Shown here in pieces: positions 11,375-21,427 of a DNA stretch of 38,891 nucleotides (position 1 is its first letter; each line of letters starts with the position of its first letter). A program made the position numbers and the translations under genes. Below the pieces are notes generated by a model. It ran no database searches, had not been told where the DNA came from, and worked only from the letters and a program-made list of their open reading frames with translations. The stretch comes from a virus (taxonomy: Duplodnaviria > Heunggongvirae > Uroviricota > Caudoviricetes): positions 1 to 38,891 of IMG/VR virus record IMGVR_UViG_2576861092_000011, one strand, 5' to 3'.

Positions 11375-11836
11375 TCACGTACTCGGATCATCTTTCTCGA
11401 TGTAAAACCGATTCCACGTAAACGCGCTTTTGTTACCACTACCGCGAGGCATATCATTTCGCCGCTCAAGTGGTGGTATTTTGGTTAAAGCGATACAGAT
11501 TGTCTGATATGCACTGTCAGCAGCGGTAAGGAGAGCGTCTGACGGCTGAATGACGTTATCCATGCACACTTGCACAGCGAGTTTCAAAGCGACGCCATCA
11601 TTTGCCCATGCAGGGATACCTGAATCATCGTCAGGTAACGGCATGATGCCGTTTTCTGTATCCGCAAACTGATATCCAAGCTCGATACCTTTCGCCTGCC
11701 ATGCTGCCATCATGTCTTCGAGGTCATTAATGGCATCTTCAATTGCCTGAGGGTCGGCATCTGTCAACGTGGCATTGGAATACAGCCCGGCTTTTCGTAA
11801 AGCCTTTAGAACGAGATCACCCTTCGTTTTCGCCAT
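11375..11836 (-). CDS. Tail adaptor protein, P22 gp4-like
   Basis: 153 aa; synteny immediately downstream of coat gene region. Confidence 0.75.
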   Translation of the reverse strand: MAKTKGDLVLKALRKAGLYSNATLTDADPQAIEDAINDLEDMMAAWQAKGIELGYQFADTENGIMPLPDDDSGIPAWANDGVALKLAVQVCMDNVIQPSDALLTAADSAYQTICIALTKIPPLERRNDMPRGSGNKSAFTWNRFYIEKDDPST

Positions 11837-12005
11837 CTTCTTCCGCCTTAGCCACTTTTTGCTTCGTTGCGGTTTCTTCAGGAGTTTTTACCCAGCCTTT
11901 TTTCAGGTGAGATTTAACTTCTTCGTCATCAACAATGATGTAATCGACAGCAAACTGACCAGAGGTGATCATGTTGCCCGGCTTATAGAGCATTGTTCGT
12001 GCCAT
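11817..12005 (-). CDS. Small hypothetical protein (62 aa) between coat and gp4-like genes
   Basis: ORF starting MARTMLYKPGNMITSGQF preceded by GGGAGAAG ribosome-binding site; acidic C-terminus. Start chosen by me from the RBS. Confidence 0.4.
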   Translation of the reverse strand: MARTMLYKPGNMITSGQFAVDYIIVDDEEVKSHLKKGWVKTPEETATKQKVAKAEEDGENEG

Positions 12006-12016
12006 TGTCTTCTCCC

Positions 12017-12041
12017 AATAAAAATGGGGCCGAAGCCCCAC
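12017..12041 (-). terminator. Rho-independent terminator/attenuator just after the coat gene
   Basis: Minus strand reads GGGGCTTCGGCCCC followed by ATTTTTATT, immediately 3' of the coat stop codon. Confidence 0.6.
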
Positions 12042-12046
12042 CAAAA

Positions 12047-13300
12047 TTACTGCCCGGCAATAACGATGCCCGTATATTCAGGAACCAGTACAGAGCAACC
12101 GTACAGAGTGGTGAAACGCGCAGTGGTTACGCCTTTGATGTGGTCGAAGGCGTAAGACATGATCAGCGTAGCGCCCTGCTCGGTGGTTGCCGTCATTACC
12201 TGTGGACCCTGACCAGTTGGGAACGCCAGTTTGCCGTACATCAGTTCAACAGAACCATCAGCCCAGAACAGGTTAGCCGGTGCGGCATTTTTGTTGAGAA
12301 TGGTGATTGCTGCGCTACTTGCCGCATTAGCATCAACGTTTGCATATGGACGGCTGGCGACATCCGCGTTGTCAGGCGGCAGAATTTTCGGGGAGATAGT
12401 TACTGTCGTTCCGCTAACTGCCAGAACGCGGAATACCTGCGGCTGCCCGGTGGTATCTTTGGTGATCTGGTGTACGGAATTCACCCCTGCGATGGTAAAT
12501 GCATCGCCAACCTGCAAGCCTTCAGAAGATACCGTAATGGTCCCCTGTCGGTTATCCACTGGCATATCGTTAGCATCTTTCGCTTCAACCTTGTGCGCAG
12601 GTGCTGCTGCCAGCGTAATGGAAGTTGCTGTACCCTTCGGAACACGACCAGAAATATCGGTCTTGTAGCTATCGAAGGACGCAACCGGAGGGATCTGCGC
12701 TTTTTCGTATGCTGTCAGGGTTGCGCCCTGAGCATAGGCACGGTGACCAAGCTCGCCAGCAAGGTCTTTATAGTTGAAGGGGTTCCAGAAAGAGCGGCGG
12801 TTGATACCCTGTGGTACCCCAATCGCCGTCATGGTGGCATCAATACCTGCCGCACAGTTCCACAAATCACGGCCCTGTGAACCAGTGGTTGAGTCAGCCA
12901 TTGTGATCACGTTAGTAGCACGCTGCGTGACCATGGAAATCAGGTCAGAGTCAATCTGTGCAGCAAGGCGCATGCCTGCGGCTCGACCAGCTTCAGTTTT
13001 ATGTTCCGGGTCACGCATTTCACGCGCATCCAGAGTGTACAGAATGTTTTTCGGCTCCTTGAACACTGAAGGAACAAGGCGCTGAACCAGTGCTGTTGGT
13101 GTTTTGCCGCTGAGATCGAGGCCTTCCTCAATGTTCATGTGGTAATGCTGCGGACGATACAGAACATCACCTGCTCGCTGCATTGCGGTATCACCGGGAC
13201 GGAATTTTTTAGCGTTACGGGAAACTACGCAGGCGGCCTCAAAGCCTTCAACGTAGTTTTCGAACATGATTTCAAGGTCTTTTGCTAATTGGTTAGCCAT
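12047..13300 (-). CDS. Major capsid (coat) protein, P22 gp5-like
   Basis: 417 aa; synteny after scaffold; conserved segments versus P22 coat (e.g. NLFWADGSVEL vs NVFWADDAIRI). Confidence 0.9.
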   Translation of the reverse strand: MANQLAKDLEIMFENYVEGFEAACVVSRNAKKFRPGDTAMQRAGDVLYRPQHYHMNIEEGLDLSGKTPTALVQRLVPSVFKEPKNILYTLDAREMRDPEHKTEAGRAAGMRLAAQIDSDLISMVTQRATNVITMADSTTGSQGRDLWNCAAGIDATMTAIGVPQGINRRSFWNPFNYKDLAGELGHRAYAQGATLTAYEKAQIPPVASFDSYKTDISGRVPKGTATSITLAAAPAHKVEAKDANDMPVDNRQGTITVSSEGLQVGDAFTIAGVNSVHQITKDTTGQPQVFRVLAVSGTTVTISPKILPPDNADVASRPYANVDANAASSAAITILNKNAAPANLFWADGSVELMYGKLAFPTGQGPQVMTATTEQGATLIMSYAFDHIKGVTTARFTTLYGCSVLVPEYTGIVIAGQ

Positions 13301-13318
13301 GCTTAATGCTCCGATAGG

Positions 13319-14212
13319 TTATTTTTTTGCCTTTTTAGCGGCGAAATACGGCGTCCAGTCACCAGTTTCCAGCGCCTTGGCTTTCAGTTTGTCGAGGTTA
13401 TTGATTACTGCGCCGTTGCTCCCCTTAACTGTCGGGGTCGTGGCTGCCGTGGTTTTTGCTTTTGGCATGATTCTGGCCTTCGATTCGATACGTTCCAGCA
13501 GACGACCGATTGCTACGGGGTTGGTAGCTTCTGCCAGTTGCTTGCGCAGTTCAGCGTTGCGACCGAGCGCCAGAACAACGATTTCCGGCTTCTCTGACTC
13601 AAACAGGATCGCGTTTTGTGTCTCGATGGGGATTTCCTCGAGTACGGCCTGCTCAGCTTCCTGATAGCCAGGAACTTTGAGAGCCTTAACACGTTGCTGA
13701 TATTTGGATAATCGCTCTTGATAGGCAGCCTGAATCTCCTGCTCCTTCTGCTTGCGAGCCATCTCCTGTTGCTGGTACTTGCCGTTATCCTCTGCCCACT
13801 TAGCCATGCGTTGCTGGTAGATTTCTTCATCGAAACCGATGTCCTCATCGTCCAGTTTTGGCATTCGCGGTGGTTGAGTGATTACCGGCTGCTGCTCGAC
13901 GGGTTTCTGAGACTGACGCATCAGCTCTTTCAGCTCGCGGTCTTTCTCTTTAATCGTCTTGCGCAGGTGTTTTACCAGTCCATGCTCTGCGCCATCTTCG
14001 CTGGTTGGCGAATCCAGCTTTTCGTCACCAAAGTAGAATTCCTGTTCTGATTCGTCGTCATCAGTTTCAGTAGCTTCCTCTGCATCATTGCCGGAGGACT
14101 CACTGCCATCTTCTGTTTCGACTTCTTCAGCCAGTTCGACATCGTCAGGAATCTGCTCTGACGCGTCGGTTTCGATTTCAACTTCTGGTGTGTTTTCTGC
14201 CATCTGGTCCAT
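13319..14212 (-). CDS. Scaffolding protein, P22 gp8-like
   Basis: 297 aa, highly charged (acidic N-terminus, Lys/Glu-rich helical C-terminus); position between portal and coat. Confidence 0.85.
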   Translation of the reverse strand: MDQMAENTPEVEIETDASEQIPDDVELAEEVETEDGSESSGNDAEEATETDDDESEQEFYFGDEKLDSPTSEDGAEHGLVKHLRKTIKEKDRELKELMRQSQKPVEQQPVITQPPRMPKLDDEDIGFDEEIYQQRMAKWAEDNGKYQQQEMARKQKEQEIQAAYQERLSKYQQRVKALKVPGYQEAEQAVLEEIPIETQNAILFESEKPEIVVLALGRNAELRKQLAEATNPVAIGRLLERIESKARIMPKAKTTAATTPTVKGSNGAVINNLDKLKAKALETGDWTPYFAAKKAKK

Positions 14213-14302
14213 TTGTTACCCCTGTTTACTCGATGTTCAGCCCATCGGAAGGCAATAGGGTGCCAGGCCTCATAAAGACAGCCATTGCACGTTATGGGTT
14301 AA

Positions 14303-16519
14303 TTACTGCTGTGGTTGTTGCTGAGTTGATTTTTGCAGGATGCTGCTGATGTCCATGCGCTGCGCATGGCCCTGTGCCTGACTTTTCAGGACAAGCTCTG
14401 CATCAGCACGGGCATTGTCTCCTTGCTGTTGCTGGAACTGTCCGAGCAGTTTCAGAGCCTCGCGGATATCAGATTTCTGCTGGCTATCGGCAGATGCGAG
14501 GATTTTCACAACGTTTGCCGCTGCAACCTGAGCATCCGTCTGTGCCTGGAATGCTTTAACCTGAATGGCTGCCTGTTCGTTCTGCGCTTTCTGCAATTCA
14601 GCCTGACCAGCAAGAAGCTGACCTTGCGCAGCAACCATAGCCGGATCTGGCTGACTGGCCTGTTGTTGTTTCGCCTGCTCAACCATCTGCTGTTCTTCAG
14701 GCGTTCTCGGCTTGATAACGCCAGACAGAAGCAACTGATTGCGGTTGTATTCTTTCAGGTCGTCCATCCCTTCGCCGTCCATATTGTCGAGAATCATCGA
14801 CGATACAAGGTCGTGCTTCGGCGTTCCTGGTGGGATAAGTGCCAGCATGGAAAGTAACGACTTAACCGTTGCGTCACGGCGAGTAGCGAACGACTGACCG
14901 ACATCGACGGTCACTTCATAGTTACCCTGCGAAAGGTCGTTAAGCGCGATAACCTGCCCTGTCTGACGGTCAACCACTTCACCAGTCATCAGCGCCACGT
15001 CATCGCTGCCGTCCTCATTAACGATACGCATCGGCGTATCGCTGCCATAGACTTCACGAGCCATAGAAAGCCACACAACGCCAGCGCGACGCATGGATTT
15101 AGCCATGTTGTCCATGTAGATATAGGACTGCGTGTCCATCCGGTTAAAGATGCTATCAACGGTATCGGTAGCGACGTTGCTCGGCATGTTCTCAAGCTGC
15201 GACGCACCTGTAATTTGCTGAATAGCCGTTCCGGTGTACTGCAATAGCCCGGCAAGAGCAGGCGGCATTTGTGTCGGAGGTGTATAACTGCTGACCTGAG
15301 CCTGCGCAGTAATATCTCCGTTTTTGTTTTTCAGACTTACCATCGGCAGGAACGCCGGGCGCTTTTTGTTGCGCTCCGCCCAATGAGTGGCGAGAGGACC
15401 AGGAATCATGTCAACATCAACTACAGGAATTCCATCACCGCCAGCCTGAGTAGCGTTATCTGCAATCATGGAAACCATCAGGTTCTCAAGACGCTGTGCA
15501 TCCATCGCTTTTGCTGCGTGGCCTTCGATTCGCTCCTGATTATCAACAAATGAGCGACGCCCATATACCGGGATGAGTGGAATATGTTCGCCCGGAATAC
15601 GCTTCGGTTCTTCCAGCCATTCAGCGCCAGACAGAAGACCGCAATAAACGCGGCGTTTCTTCACTGTCCGCTCACCGATCAGTTCGAATGAACCATCGGT
15701 TAGCTCGTCGACAATATCTTTGATTTGATCTTCATCATAGATTGCCGTTTCTCCGCTAACAGGGTTGCGCCATGCTGAGAGCTTCACCTTCTCTATGCGA
15801 ACTTCGTAGTAGCGTCCAACATAGATGGCATCAGGCGTTGACCAGTCATATTGAGTGCCAGTGTCATCACGAGAAAGACTTGCCGCGATGGAATCAGGGT
15901 ATTCAGCCTCGAACGCTTTAGGCGTCATGGAGAACATTTCCATAGCCCACATAGCATCAGAGCGGTCATATTGCTTGCTGTCCTGATCGAAGAAGACGCA
16001 TGTCGCCGGGTCGTAAACAGGAAGAAGGCTGATGCGTCGCTGCTCGTTACTCGGATCCATTTCATCTTCGTAATCAGCACACATGCGGAAACAACCGAAT
16101 CCGCCCGTTACAGCATCATCAAATGCGTTATCACACGCTTCGCCACCGGATGTTTCCTGATAATCAGCGCGGAATTTGCCGTTCATCTTTTCGGCTAACG
16201 CTTCCGATGCCTTGTCATCCTTCGGCCTGAATTTAACGCTGATGCGATTCTGTCGATACTCGCCAATGATGCGATCACATTCACGGGCAATCTTATTCAG
16301 TTCAAAACGCGGATAATGCTCAAACCTGCCTTCATCAAATGAGTAACCAGCGTTTGTGCTGCCTTCCCACTGTGCGCCGGACACCCTGACGAAACGTTGA
16401 GCCTCAATAATCTGCTCACGCATATCCTGCGTTGCTGACCAGGCATTATCAAAGTTGCACAGCACCTTGCGATGCCAGTCAGTCATCTTTCTATCATCAG
16501 CCATCATCCAACTCCGCAA
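14303..16519 (-). CDS. Portal protein, P22 gp1-like
   Basis: 738 aa; immediately downstream of large terminase; Gln-rich helical C-terminal barrel-like tail. Confidence 0.9.
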   Translation of the reverse strand: MRSWMMADDRKMTDWHRKVLCNFDNAWSATQDMREQIIEAQRFVRVSGAQWEGSTNAGYSFDEGRFEHYPRFELNKIARECDRIIGEYRQNRISVKFRPKDDKASEALAEKMNGKFRADYQETSGGEACDNAFDDAVTGGFGCFRMCADYEDEMDPSNEQRRISLLPVYDPATCVFFDQDSKQYDRSDAMWAMEMFSMTPKAFEAEYPDSIAASLSRDDTGTQYDWSTPDAIYVGRYYEVRIEKVKLSAWRNPVSGETAIYDEDQIKDIVDELTDGSFELIGERTVKKRRVYCGLLSGAEWLEEPKRIPGEHIPLIPVYGRRSFVDNQERIEGHAAKAMDAQRLENLMVSMIADNATQAGGDGIPVVDVDMIPGPLATHWAERNKKRPAFLPMVSLKNKNGDITAQAQVSSYTPPTQMPPALAGLLQYTGTAIQQITGASQLENMPSNVATDTVDSIFNRMDTQSYIYMDNMAKSMRRAGVVWLSMAREVYGSDTPMRIVNEDGSDDVALMTGEVVDRQTGQVIALNDLSQGNYEVTVDVGQSFATRRDATVKSLLSMLALIPPGTPKHDLVSSMILDNMDGEGMDDLKEYNRNQLLLSGVIKPRTPEEQQMVEQAKQQQASQPDPAMVAAQGQLLAGQAELQKAQNEQAAIQVKAFQAQTDAQVAAANVVKILASADSQQKSDIREALKLLGQFQQQQGDNARADAELVLKSQAQGHAQRMDISSILQKSTQQQPQQ

Positions 16520-18000
16520 GGTATGTTGTAGCTTGAGTAATCAATCTCTTTAGGATCTTTGATGTCTCGCATCTGTATTGCAAAACGCCTCATCATGTAG
16601 CCATAGCGAACAGCAGAAAGGATGTCGTCATTTAGCTTGACGATCTTCCCGTTCTCATCGCGGTGATACAGGCGAAACTCTTCAAAGAATGGCTCGCAGG
16701 TGTTAAATACCTTGAAACGACCGTCGAGCATCATGTCGCGTATCTCTGCTATCCCGGGTTCGACCGCATTACCTCCATCAGGCCATGTTGCATGATCTGG
16801 CAACATGTCGAACCCAGCGTCGGCGTATTGTTCCTTGAGCTGAGCGCCGCCTCCCTTTTCGTGCTGATGCCCGTCATGAGGCCAAGCCGTAGGGGTGTTT
16901 TTGCTCCATGCTTTAACAGCACTCCATGCCTCTGTCGCCTTCTTCTGTTTGGCCTTCCAGACGCGAGAAAGATAAATCACGTCCTCGTCTTTATCCCACC
17001 AAAGCTGGATGTGTGCCTGTGGGTGATCCCATCCGAAGTCCATTGCATTGATGACGTAGAAGTGATCAGGACACTCGAACGGCTGACACTTAATCGTCTC
17101 TTCCGGTATCTGGAAGATTCGACCGCTACCCATCGTAGGAATACCGCGAGCACGCGCCTCTCTCTCATGCTCAGGATAGGATGTGATGATTTGCTCTTTC
17201 TGCTCGTCGGTGTAGTGCTCAGCGTCATAGATGGTCATGTTGACCACTTTCTGCGACTTGCTGGGATTCTTCAGGAACTTGGTAACAACGTCAGACATCC
17301 CCATCAGCGGGGTAAACGTCAGAATTGAGAATTGCCCGTATTTGTTGGTACGGGTAAGACCTTCGCCATAAATGCTGTATGGTGGCTCTTCGTCAAACCA
17401 CACGCCGTGAATTGTGTCACCCTGCCAGCGTGCACGGCCTTGCGAATATGGTTTGAAGTAGCAGATTGAAATGCCATCTTCAACGCCATCAGCCGTGTGA
17501 TGCTTAACCAGAAGGTGATCAACAAGGTTCGGAAAGAAAGGAGACTTCTTCCAGCTAATGATGTCTTCTTTCGGTATGGAACCGTAGCCAGGCTCATCAT
17601 TCTCTTCGATACGACCGCACAGGATACGTTGAGTCGTTTTGGTTACCGTCTCGTTTGTCTCGCCGCCAATCCAGAAAACAACAGGCTCATAGAAACGCTT
17701 ACCTTTCCACTCTCCGCCATATTTACCATCAGCCGGATATCCTTTTGTTCCCGGATAACGCCCGGTAAGGTGAAACGCGACTTCGGCAGCACCAGTAAAT
17801 GACTTACCAAGCTGGTTACCAGCCATAAAACAGCGCTCTGGATAGTCATGCCCGGCGTCGATGAACTCACGCTGTTTGCTGTATGGCGTAAATTCATATA
17901 GCAGGTGTGTGTTCCGGTAGTTCTCTTCTTCTTCGAGTAGCTCGAGCAATTCGATTTGCTCTTCGTCGCTCAGGTTATCAAGAATCGCGTCCAGTTCCAC
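16504..18000 (-). CDS. Terminase large subunit, P22 gp2-like
   Basis: 498 aa; Walker-A-like GNQLGKS near N-terminus; overlaps the small-terminase stop. Confidence 0.9.
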   Translation of the reverse strand: MELDAILDNLSDEEQIELLELLEEEENYRNTHLLYEFTPYSKQREFIDAGHDYPERCFMAGNQLGKSFTGAAEVAFHLTGRYPGTKGYPADGKYGGEWKGKRFYEPVVFWIGGETNETVTKTTQRILCGRIEENDEPGYGSIPKEDIISWKKSPFFPNLVDHLLVKHHTADGVEDGISICYFKPYSQGRARWQGDTIHGVWFDEEPPYSIYGEGLTRTNKYGQFSILTFTPLMGMSDVVTKFLKNPSKSQKVVNMTIYDAEHYTDEQKEQIITSYPEHEREARARGIPTMGSGRIFQIPEETIKCQPFECPDHFYVINAMDFGWDHPQAHIQLWWDKDEDVIYLSRVWKAKQKKATEAWSAVKAWSKNTPTAWPHDGHQHEKGGGAQLKEQYADAGFDMLPDHATWPDGGNAVEPGIAEIRDMMLDGRFKVFNTCEPFFEEFRLYHRDENGKIVKLNDDILSAVRYGYMMRRFAIQMRDIKDPKEIDYSSYNIPCGVG

Positions 18001-18466
18001 GGTTGAATAGCTCCTTGATACGAGAGCATCGCTTATCGCGATCTCCCTTATCAGGTGTCACGTCTTCAACTTGCGACTGCTCTTTGAGGCCCAAATCACG
18101 GGCGATGATGTTAGCGTTGAGAAGGTCAGCGGCTGCGCCAGAGAATTTCTGGTCGTAGATGATGTCTTCCGCTCGTGATGTGACGTCAGAAAAACCTTCC
18201 ATTGACCGGAATGTTCCCCACGTTTGCCTGGTGATATCAAGGAAGGTACACAATCCTGAAATAGTCATGGCTCGCATCTTAGGGACGTTAGCCTTAATTA
18301 TTTCTCCCTGATATGAAAATACCTTACCCTCCCATAGCGGGTTATCATCAGCCCACTCGAAGTATTCACAACAAGCAGCCCACAGCGCCTCGGGCGATTC
18401 GAATTTAGGATTTCGCCCATGACTACTGCGGGCCTCCCAAAATCGGTTGCCCTTTGGTGCTGCCAT
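17978..18466 (-). CDS. Terminase small subunit, P22 gp3-like
   Basis: 162 aa; N-terminus [38 protein letters not shown] and C-terminus matching my recollection of P22 gp3. Confidence 0.85.
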   Translation of the reverse strand: MAAPKGNRFWEARSSHGRNPKFESPEALWAACCEYFEWADDNPLWEGKVFSYQGEIIKANVPKMRAMTISGLCTFLDITRQTWGTFRSMEGFSDVTSRAEDIIYDQKFSGAAADLLNANIIARDLGLKEQSQVEDVTPDKGDRDKRCSRIKELFNRGTGRDS

Positions 18467-18471
18467 ATTGA

Positions 18472-18960
18472 TTATTTCCCTTCTGTTTGCTTCCCAGCGG
18501 GGAACGAATCAACGCTGCCGCCGGAATAGCAGTCAAGATCAATTGCGACTTGTACCGCTTCTATCGCATTTTTGCCACAGTGCATGGCAGTGCGAGCAAT
18601 CAGCCCACCACTACCAATGGCGTAAGGTTCAACCTGTAGCGAAATACTCGCCCGCGTTTCGCCTTTCTCTTTTGAGATGATGTAAGCACGACCAGCACCG
18701 ATGATAGCAAGCGCTGTGAAAGAGAATGTCGGGAGAAATTCTGATGCATACGTCAGGTTATTCTTAAGCAGTTCCTGCAATTCCATCTCCGCGCCGCAAT
18801 CACCAGAACAACCTAATGCAACCACTTTACTGCCGCAAACCTCCCACCCAGATTCTGGCGGTGTGTAAATCTTTTGTTCTGTATACGAACACACAACATC
18901 ACCAGATGATGCCTGGGTGTCAGATGCCAGGGTCTTTCCATCCCATGCAATAGTGGTCAT
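18472..18960 (-). CDS. Ntn-hydrolase, HslV / 20S-proteasome beta-subunit-like peptidase (phage accessory gene)
   Basis: 162 aa. [23 protein letters not shown] puts Thr immediately after Met with the TTI..G...LASDT pattern; a Lys about 30 residues in; AIGSGG motif. These are the HslV/proteasome-beta hallmarks. Confidence 0.6.
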   Translation of the reverse strand: MTTIAWDGKTLASDTQASSGDVVCSYTEQKIYTPPESGWEVCGSKVVALGCSGDCGAEMELQELLKNNLTYASEFLPTFSFTALAIIGAGRAYIISKEKGETRASISLQVEPYAIGSGGLIARTAMHCGKNAIEAVQVAIDLDCYSGGSVDSFPAGKQTEGK

Positions 18961-18961
18961 A

Positions 18962-19204
18962 TCATGCTCCGGTAGTGAACAGGTCTAACGCTTCCTTCGA
19001 TTTACGCACCGCTTCGATAGTGCGAGATGTGAAGTCTGGATTTGCACCGCCATCGTTGTAGTGCAACTTGAACAATTCCAGTTTCAGCTGGTCAGCACCA
19101 ATGAATGCAAAAGCTTCCTCTGCCGCTGAATTGTTCTTAGATAGCAGTCGGTAAATTTCTAACTTGAATTTCTGTTCTTCAGTCATGGGAATAATCTCTG
19201 CCAT
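18962..19204 (-). CDS. Small hypothetical protein (80 aa), P22 orf80 position
   Basis: ORF with GGAG RBS; stop abuts the start of the HslV-like gene, suggesting translational coupling. Confidence 0.5.
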   Translation of the reverse strand: MAEIIPMTEEQKFKLEIYRLLSKNNSAAEEAFAFIGADQLKLELFKLHYNDGGANPDFTSRTIEAVRKSKEALDLFTTGA

Positions 19205-19507
19205 TGTTGGCTCCGTTTATCCGTTAAAAGGGATATCAGTTAAGTTATCCCGTGCAGGGTATAAGCCATTGTCGAGACCACTCATTGAATGGCCTCTGCA
19301 ATAACCGATGTCTTTCCATCAGTCCGCCACCACAAAGAATCTTTTTTGCCATAAGGCAGGAGGTTCATCTTTCAGTGGCTGCCAGTGTTATTTCCCCACT
19401 TACTGGCTTGGGTTGCTTCGTGGTACTGCTGTTAATTAGTGACCAGAAATTAACTCCGGTTTCATTATCAAGCCCACCCGTAGATAGGCTTTGTAATGCC
19501 TACATGG

Positions 19508-19987
19508 TTAAATGATTTGCCAGTCTTCAGCCATCAGGTCGCCAATGGATGGAACCCATGTAGCAAGGCGGTTCTGTGAGTTTTTCAATACAAGCGTGTC
19601 ATTGAAAGTTGGCTCGCCAACATATTCGCCAAAGCCATAACCCAACGCAGACGCTAATTTTCCCCCTTTCACGAGATAAACAAACTGGTCTTTCCCATTC
19701 CATCCTGCCCGCTGCAAACTTTTGCCCTGTTTTAACGCTTCCATGGCAAGGCCGAAACTTAGCCCTGATACCGGACGATAAGCCTTTTCGAATACTTCTT
19801 TTGGACTCCAGCTAACGTAGCCATCAAAGCGATCGGTGTTAGGTTTTCCGCCATCCAGATATTCAACCAGATAGCCTTCGTCCTCGCCGTTTTCTCCGGC
19901 AGGAAGCTGCCAGCCACGAAAATCGTTATATGCCTGTCTCGTCATCGGAAAGGCGTTAATCAGTTTTACGCCAATATGCTGGGTCAT
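19508..19987 (-). CDS. DUF2829-domain protein (Tad2-like fold) with N-terminal extension
   Basis: C-terminal ..FGLAMEALKQGKSLQRAGWNGKDQFVYLV...DLMAEDWQII matches the DUF2829 signature as I recall it. Start set at internal ATG 19987 (AGGT RBS); the 200-aa track ORF upstream extension looks spurious. Confidence 0.6.
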   Translation of the reverse strand: MTQHIGVKLINAFPMTRQAYNDFRGWQLPAGENGEDEGYLVEYLDGGKPNTDRFDGYVSWSPKEVFEKAYRPVSGLSFGLAMEALKQGKSLQRAGWNGKDQFVYLVKGGKLASALGYGFGEYVGEPTFNDTLVLKNSQNRLATWVPSIGDLMAEDWQII

Positions 19988-20008
19988 AAAATTACCTATG
20001 CAGTTGGG

Positions 20009-20036
20009 AATAAAAAGCCCCGCAAATGCGAGGCTA
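20009..20036 (-). terminator. Rho-independent terminator after the lysis cassette
   Basis: Minus strand AGCCTCGCATTTGCGGGGCT followed by TTTTATT, between Rz stop and the DUF2829 gene start. Confidence 0.55.
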
Positions 20037-20209
20037 AATCCTGGTATTTGTAATGAACTGGCTCTTATCTCAACGCAGCCCCTTACCGCGCGCCATATGC
20101 TCAACTTCAAGCATCAGCAATGAGATGTTTAATCTGGATTCACTACGGAAGTGATCACCACCCTGTCTACAGAGCCAGATGTGAAGGATAATGAGTAAAA
20201 TTATCGCTA

Positions 20210-20647
20210 TCATCGAAGGCATTGCGTCCTGATGTACTCCTGCAGGTAGTTAACCTGCGCGGTTATCCTGTCGATTCCACTTCGGAGACGGTAATAATTG
20301 AGTTCAGCATCTGCTGTAAGTCCTGGGCTTTCTCCATCGCCCATGCTGCTGGCTCCGGTCGTTGACTTTGCACAGGTGGCGGCGACTTGCAGGCGCTTAC
20401 GACCAGCAGAAACATCAGCACGGAGACTTTCGATAGTCGCGTTAGCATCAGCAAGCTCCTTTGTGTATCTGGCGTCGAGTTCTGCTACATCACGTTGACG
20501 CTTCTGCATGTCAGCGATTATGGATGTGGCCTTATCGCGCTGCTCTTTATAGGCGATGGCGTTATCACGGTAATGATTAACAGCCCATGACAGGCAGACG
20601 ATGATGCAGATAACCAGAGCATAAATAATCGCGGCGACTCTGCTCAT
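20210..20647 (-). CDS. Rz: Rz i-spanin
   Basis: 145 aa; N-terminal TM segment [31 protein letters not shown] very close to lambda Rz; follows endolysin with overlap. Confidence 0.85.
   Translation of the reverse strand: MSRVAAIIYALVICIIVCLSWAVNHYRDNAIAYKEQRDKATSIIADMQKRQRDVAELDARYTKELADANATIESLRADVSAGRKRLQVAATCAKSTTGASSMGDGESPGLTADAELNYYRLRSGIDRITAQVNYLQEYIRTQCLR
20263..20454 (-). CDS. Rz1: Rz1 o-spanin lipoprotein, embedded in +1 frame within Rz
   Basis: Signal peptide plus lipobox (LLVVSAC) followed by Pro-rich segment, nested in Rz as in lambda. Confidence 0.7.
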   Translation of the reverse strand: MLMLTRLSKVSVLMFLLVVSACKSPPPVQSQRPEPAAWAMEKAQDLQQMLNSIITVSEVESTG

Positions 20648-21120
20648 ACCTCAATCTCTCTGACCGTTCCGCCAGCTTCTTTGAATTTTGCAATCAGGCT
20701 GTCAGCCTTATGCTCGAACTGACCATAACCAGCACCCGGCAGTGAAGCCCAGATATTGCTGCAACGGTCGATTGCCTGACGGATATCACCGCGATCAATC
20801 ATCGGTAAAGCGCCACGCTCTTTAATCTGCTGCAATGCCACAGCGTCCTGACTTTTGGGAGAGAAGTCTTTCAGGCCAAGCTGCTTGCGGTAGGCATCCC
20901 ACCAACGGGAAAGAAGCTGGTAGCGTCCGGCGGCTGTTGACTTGAGTTTGGGGTTTAGCGTGACAAGTTTGCGAGGGTGATCGGAGTAATCAGTAAATAG
21001 CTCTCCGCCTACAATGACGTCATAACCATGATTTCTGGTTTTCTGACGTCCGTTATCAGTTCCCTCTGACCACGCCAGCATATCGAGGAACGCCTTACGT
21101 TGATTATTGATTTCCACCAT
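20644..21120 (-). CDS. R: Endolysin, lambda R-type lytic transglycosylase
   Basis: 158 aa; matches my recollection of lambda R almost residue-for-residue ([39 protein letters not shown]...). Confidence 0.9.
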   Translation of the reverse strand: MVEINNQRKAFLDMLAWSEGTDNGRQKTRNHGYDVIVGGELFTDYSDHPRKLVTLNPKLKSTAAGRYQLLSRWWDAYRKQLGLKDFSPKSQDAVALQQIKERGALPMIDRGDIRQAIDRCSNIWASLPGAGYGQFEHKADSLIAKFKEAGGTVREIEV

Positions 21121-21427
21121 CTTCTACTCCGGCTTTTTTAGCAGCGAAGCGTTTGATAAGCGAACCAATCGAGTCAGTACCGATGTAGCCGATAAACACG
21201 CTCGTTATATAAGCGAGATTGCTACTTAGTCCGGCGAAGTCGAGAAGGTCACGAATGAACCAGGCGATAATGGCGCACATCGTTGCGTCTATTACTGTTT
21301 TTGTAAACGCACCGCCATTATATCTGCCGCGAAGGTACGCCATTGCAAACGCAAGGATTGCCCCGATGCCTTGTTCCTTTGCCGCGAGAATGGCGGCTAA
21401 CAGGTCATGTTTTTCTGGCATCTTCAT
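21104..21427 (-). CDS. S: Holin, lambda S-type (dual-start MKM motif)
   Basis: 107 aa; matches recalled lambda S sequence ([34 protein letters not shown]...), three TM segments. Confidence 0.9.
   Translation of the reverse strand: MKMPEKHDLLAAILAAKEQGIGAILAFAMAYLRGRYNGGAFTKTVIDATMCAIIAWFIRDLLDFAGLSSNLAYITSVFIGYIGTDSIGSLIKRFAAKKAGVEDGGNQ

Noticed and set aside
11993-12880. 295-aa plus-strand ORF (and similar long antisense ORFs at 14333..14857, 16663..17328, 12231..12668)
   Set aside because: They lie antisense inside well-supported structural genes (coat, portal, terminase) and have no RBS or recognisable domains; they are shadow ORFs in GC-rich coding sequence.
19988-20110. N-terminal 41-codon extension of the DUF2829 ORF in the track (MKLSIWRAVRGCVEIR...)
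   Set aside because: The extension runs through the lysis-cassette terminator and lacks an RBS; an internal ATG at 19987 with an AGGT RBS is the more plausible start.
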